DNA of 64,000 nt from Candidatus Saccharimonadota bacterium (GTDB lineage Bacteria; Patescibacteriota; Saccharimonadia; CAILAD01; BJGX01). The notes below the pieces were generated by a model. The model did not search any database and was not told the origin of the DNA. It worked only from the letters and a program-made list of their open reading frames with translations. Positions 61,594 through 64,000 of this stretch are shown piece after piece (the first letter of the stretch is position 1; each line of letters starts with the position of its first letter). Both the position numbers and the translations under genes were made by a program. The stretch spans positions 141,931-205,930 of the forward strand of contig JACPPH010000002.1 in the NCBI GenBank assembly GCA_016191105.1, given 5' to 3'.

Positions 61594-62295
61594 CTAGTCG
61601 AGCCTTGTCATGATGCCCGTCGGATCCAGCCGCTCGAGCGCAGCAGTTACCGCCACAGCCTTTGCCACCATTTCGCCGCCTCGGGCAACGCGGCTTTGGC
61701 CGGTACTGCCAACGGCCTTAGTAACCGAATTGACCAGGCAGAAGCCTGGGTGGCTAGAGCCCAGGTTGGGGTTCTTGTCACGTTCAGCGTCTTCATAGAT
61801 CAACTCCAGGAGCCGGTCGTCAGAGACCACCTCGAAGTTTATCTTGGTCACTATCTCGGTAACTGCAGTCCTGTTGTGGTCGAAGCCCGCCTGATTGTCC
61901 ACGTCGGTCGTGTACTCAAACTCCAACATCAACAGATTGCCCGACTGCAGCATCCAGAAGCTTCGGTATTTCTTGGCCTCACGAAAGTGATGCTCAACAA
62001 GCAAGATCGCCCTCGTCGAAAGCATCTCGCTCTGCAGGAAGCTGTCGTCGTAGACCCGCTGGGCGACGTTTCGGAATTGGTATGAACCAGCGCCCGGACG
62101 TTCCCAAAGGTGCTTCTTGATTGCCTCTGGCTTCATGGTGACATACTCCATGTGTGGCCCGAGGTCGTGCAGCCACAGCAGCACGAAGTCGTGCCACTCC
62201 TCTGGAGTGACTTCGGCGGGCGGGATGTATTCACCGCCGCGCATTACGGCTCGGCGAACCGCGGCCTTCACTTCTGGCCTGTTGGACGAATCCAT
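61594..62295 (-). CDS. GC-rich block 3b: 233-aa protein of unknown function
   Basis: The likely start is the ATG at 62295 (MDSSNRPEV...) preceded by AAAGGAGCC; the track's longer ORF begins in upstream shadow sequence. About 62% GC. No motif recognised. Confidence 0.45.
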   Translation of the reverse strand: MDSSNRPEVKAAVRRAVMRGGEYIPPAEVTPEEWHDFVLLWLHDLGPHMEYVTMKPEAIKKHLWERPGAGSYQFRNVAQRVYDDSFLQSEMLSTRAILLVEHHFREAKKYRSFWMLQSGNLLMLEFEYTTDVDNQAGFDHNRTAVTEIVTKINFEVVSDDRLLELIYEDAERDKNPNLGSSHPGFCLVNSVTKAVGSTGQSRVARGGEMVAKAVAVTAALERLDPTGIMTRLD

Positions 62296-62413
62296 TGCCA
62301 GGCTCCTTTGCTGTACCTTGGGGCGTACCCCTACCAGTATCGTTGCGTCGTCGCAGGTTTGCGACAATCAAGCTAATTGAACCATTAGCGGAGTTCATAT
62401 GCAAACGTAACAG

Positions 62414-64000
62414 CTATCCAGCTAAATCGTACTTCTTGAGCTCAGCCTTGCGCTTGTCTTTGGCGCCAATGGTTTGCAAGGTTAGCAGTTCGGCGTAAAT
62501 GCCTTTTTGCTTGGCCAACTGATCGGGTGTGCCCATTTGCGACACCTTACCGCCTTTGAGACCCACAATCATATCGACATGCTCAATGGTGCTCAGACGG
62601 TGGGCAATAATCATGGTGGTACGGTCTTTCATAAGCCGCTCCAGCGCCTCCTGCACCTCATGCTCGGCTTTGCTATCAAGACTACTGGTGGCCTCATCGA
62701 GTATCAAAATTGATGGGTCTTTCATAATCGCTCGAGCAATGGCAATGCGTTGCTTTTGGCCGCCACTCAGCTTAACGCCGCGCTCTCCAATTTCGGTATC
62801 AAAGCCCTTGGGCAGCTTCTTGATAAAACCATAAGCATTGGCCGCCTTGGCAGCCTCAATCATATCTTTTTCGGCTGGGTCGTCTTGGCCATAGGCAACG
62901 TTCTCACGCACGGTGCCGCTGAATAGTTGGGGCTCCTGGAAGACCACGCCAATATTTCGGCGCAGGCTCTTTTGAGTGACCTCGTTCACATCTTGGCCAT
63001 CAATTAATATTTGCCCACCAGTAGTCTCGTAAAAGCGCAGCATTAGATTGGCAATAGTGCTCTTGCCCTCGCCGCTTTCGCCCACCAGGGCAATCTTTTG
63101 ACCCGGCTTAATGGTAAAGCTAATGCCGGTTAAAACTCGCTGACCTTTTTCGTAAGCAAAGTCGACCTTGCGATATTCAACTTGCGACTTAGTAATCTTG
63201 AGCTCTTTGGCGCCTGCTTCGTCGGTAATTGCCGCTTTGGTGTTCATAATTTCGAAGTAGTCACGGCTATCGGCTGTAGCTCGCTGCAGAGCATCAACAA
63301 TAAAGCTAGAGCCAAACAACGGAAACTCCGCCTGGTTAACTAAAGTAATTAACAGCACCACCGTGCCCAGGCCATAGCGGCCGGTAAAAGCCTGCCAGAT
63401 TATAACCACGTATATACCCACAAACACCAGATTTAGAATGAGTCGGCGGGCCACATCGTAGCGGTGCCATTTATTGGACTGGTTGCGGGTGAGGCTCTCA
63501 ATGTTGCGTCGCTTTTTGCTAAAGAAGTTTAGCTCGCTAATTTCGGTTACAAACGACTTAATAACTCTAATCTGGCTAATTGACTCCACAAAGCGGCCAT
63601 TGCTAACATCGCGCTCAGTGTTAATTTTGCCTTGCACCTTTTGCCAAGAGGTCGAGCTGAGGTGGGTTATCCAAATGTAGGCTGGAAATATAACCGCTAG
63701 TAGCACCGCCACCGGCCAGCTAAACCAGGCAATAACGGCCAGGGTGATAGCAGTCGTTAAAAAGAACTGTATAAAGTTATTGCTAAGAGTTTGCATTAAT
63801 GTGCTTATGCCGGTAATTGAGCGCTCCAGGCGAGCTGTGATCTTACCAGTAATTTCGTTGTCGTAAAAACCAATTGGTAGTTTGAGCAGGTGATCAAAAT
63901 ACCGCTCCGAGAGTAGGTTGTTGAGCCTAGCAGCCATATTGTCGCCCAAGTAGCCGTTAACGTTGCTAAGTAGAGTAATTACAACATTTACAACCAACAG
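62414..64000 (-). CDS. ABC transporter, fused permease/ATP-binding (MsbA-like), N-terminus beyond window end
   Basis: Six-TM exporter domain followed by Walker A GESGEGKST, signature LSGGQKQR, and Walker B ILILDEATS. The N-terminus runs off the window. Confidence 0.85.
   Translation of the reverse strand: MLVVNVVITLLSNVNGYLGDNMAARLNNLLSERYFDHLLKLPIGFYDNEITGKITARLERSITGISTLMQTLSNNFIQFFLTTAITLAVIAWFSWPVAVLLAVIFPAYIWITHLSSTSWQKVQGKINTERDVSNGRFVESISQIRVIKSFVTEISELNFFSKKRRNIESLTRNQSNKWHRYDVARRLILNLVFVGIYVVIIWQAFTGRYGLGTVVLLITLVNQAEFPLFGSSFIVDALQRATADSRDYFEIMNTKAAITDEAGAKELKITKSQVEYRKVDFAYEKGQRVLTGISFTIKPGQKIALVGESGEGKSTIANLMLRFYETTGGQILIDGQDVNEVTQKSLRRNIGVVFQEPQLFSGTVRENVAYGQDDPAEKDMIEAAKAANAYGFIKKLPKGFDTEIGERGVKLSGGQKQRIAIARAIMKDPSILILDEATSSLDSKAEHEVQEALERLMKDRTTMIIAHRLSTIEHVDMIVGLKGGKVSQMGTPDQLAKQKGIYAELLTLQTIGAKDKRKAELKKYDLAG

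Noticed and set aside
60675-62085. Plus-strand ORFs 60675..61298 and 61546..62085 in block 3
   Set aside because: Antisense shadows of the minus-strand genes 60681..61163 and 61594..62295. They have no ribosome-binding site and Arg-rich composition.

Overview
The window reads as a compact, moderately AT-rich (roughly 45-50% GC by eye) bacterial chromosome segment. Almost every gene is on the minus strand. The backbone is housekeeping and cell-envelope genes: class I ribonucleotide reductase nrdAB with an ATP-cone, gltX, murA, murD, secA, serS, a class I lysS, greA, the PBP2-mreDCB block plus a second mreB, an FtsEX/M23-peptidase/CtpA module, pyrG, xseAB, prfB, rpmA, and a reduced rpsB-tsf-frr-uppS-rseP cluster. 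There are two tRNAs (Glu-CTC and Leu-CAA). A sortase and an LPQTG surface protein are present. I infer a reduced CPR/Saccharibacteria-like lineage from the short EF-Ts, the class I LysRS and the absence of pyrH/cdsA from the rpsB cluster, but this is inference only. The most unusual signal is four sharply GC-rich blocks (about 65-70% GC by eye) inserted into intergenic gaps of this backbone: 33.70-37.99 kb, 54.48-55.46 kb, 60.60-61.17 kb and 61.54-62.39 kb. Together they hold about eight ORFs with actinobacterial-style GC3 codon usage. Each has its own AGGAGG-type ribosome-binding site and a GC-rich hairpin terminator. None encodes an integrase or transposase. They include a J-domain-like (HPD) protein, a secreted Thr/Pro-rich Cys-module protein, a 4-TM protein and several small proteins of unknown function. 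Two near-identical ~76-bp upstream elements and a ~95-bp imperfect palindrome mark block 1. These blocks could be host-derived horizontal acquisitions, because Saccharibacteria are epibionts of Actinobacteria, or an assembly chimera; read-level support is needed. Other points: a peptidase E (S51) gene interrupted by one in-frame TAA, tandem NrdR-box-like palindromes upstream of nrdA, and a PP-loop ATPase next to murD that may be a MurL-type epimerase. No CRISPR array, rRNA gene or transposase was seen.
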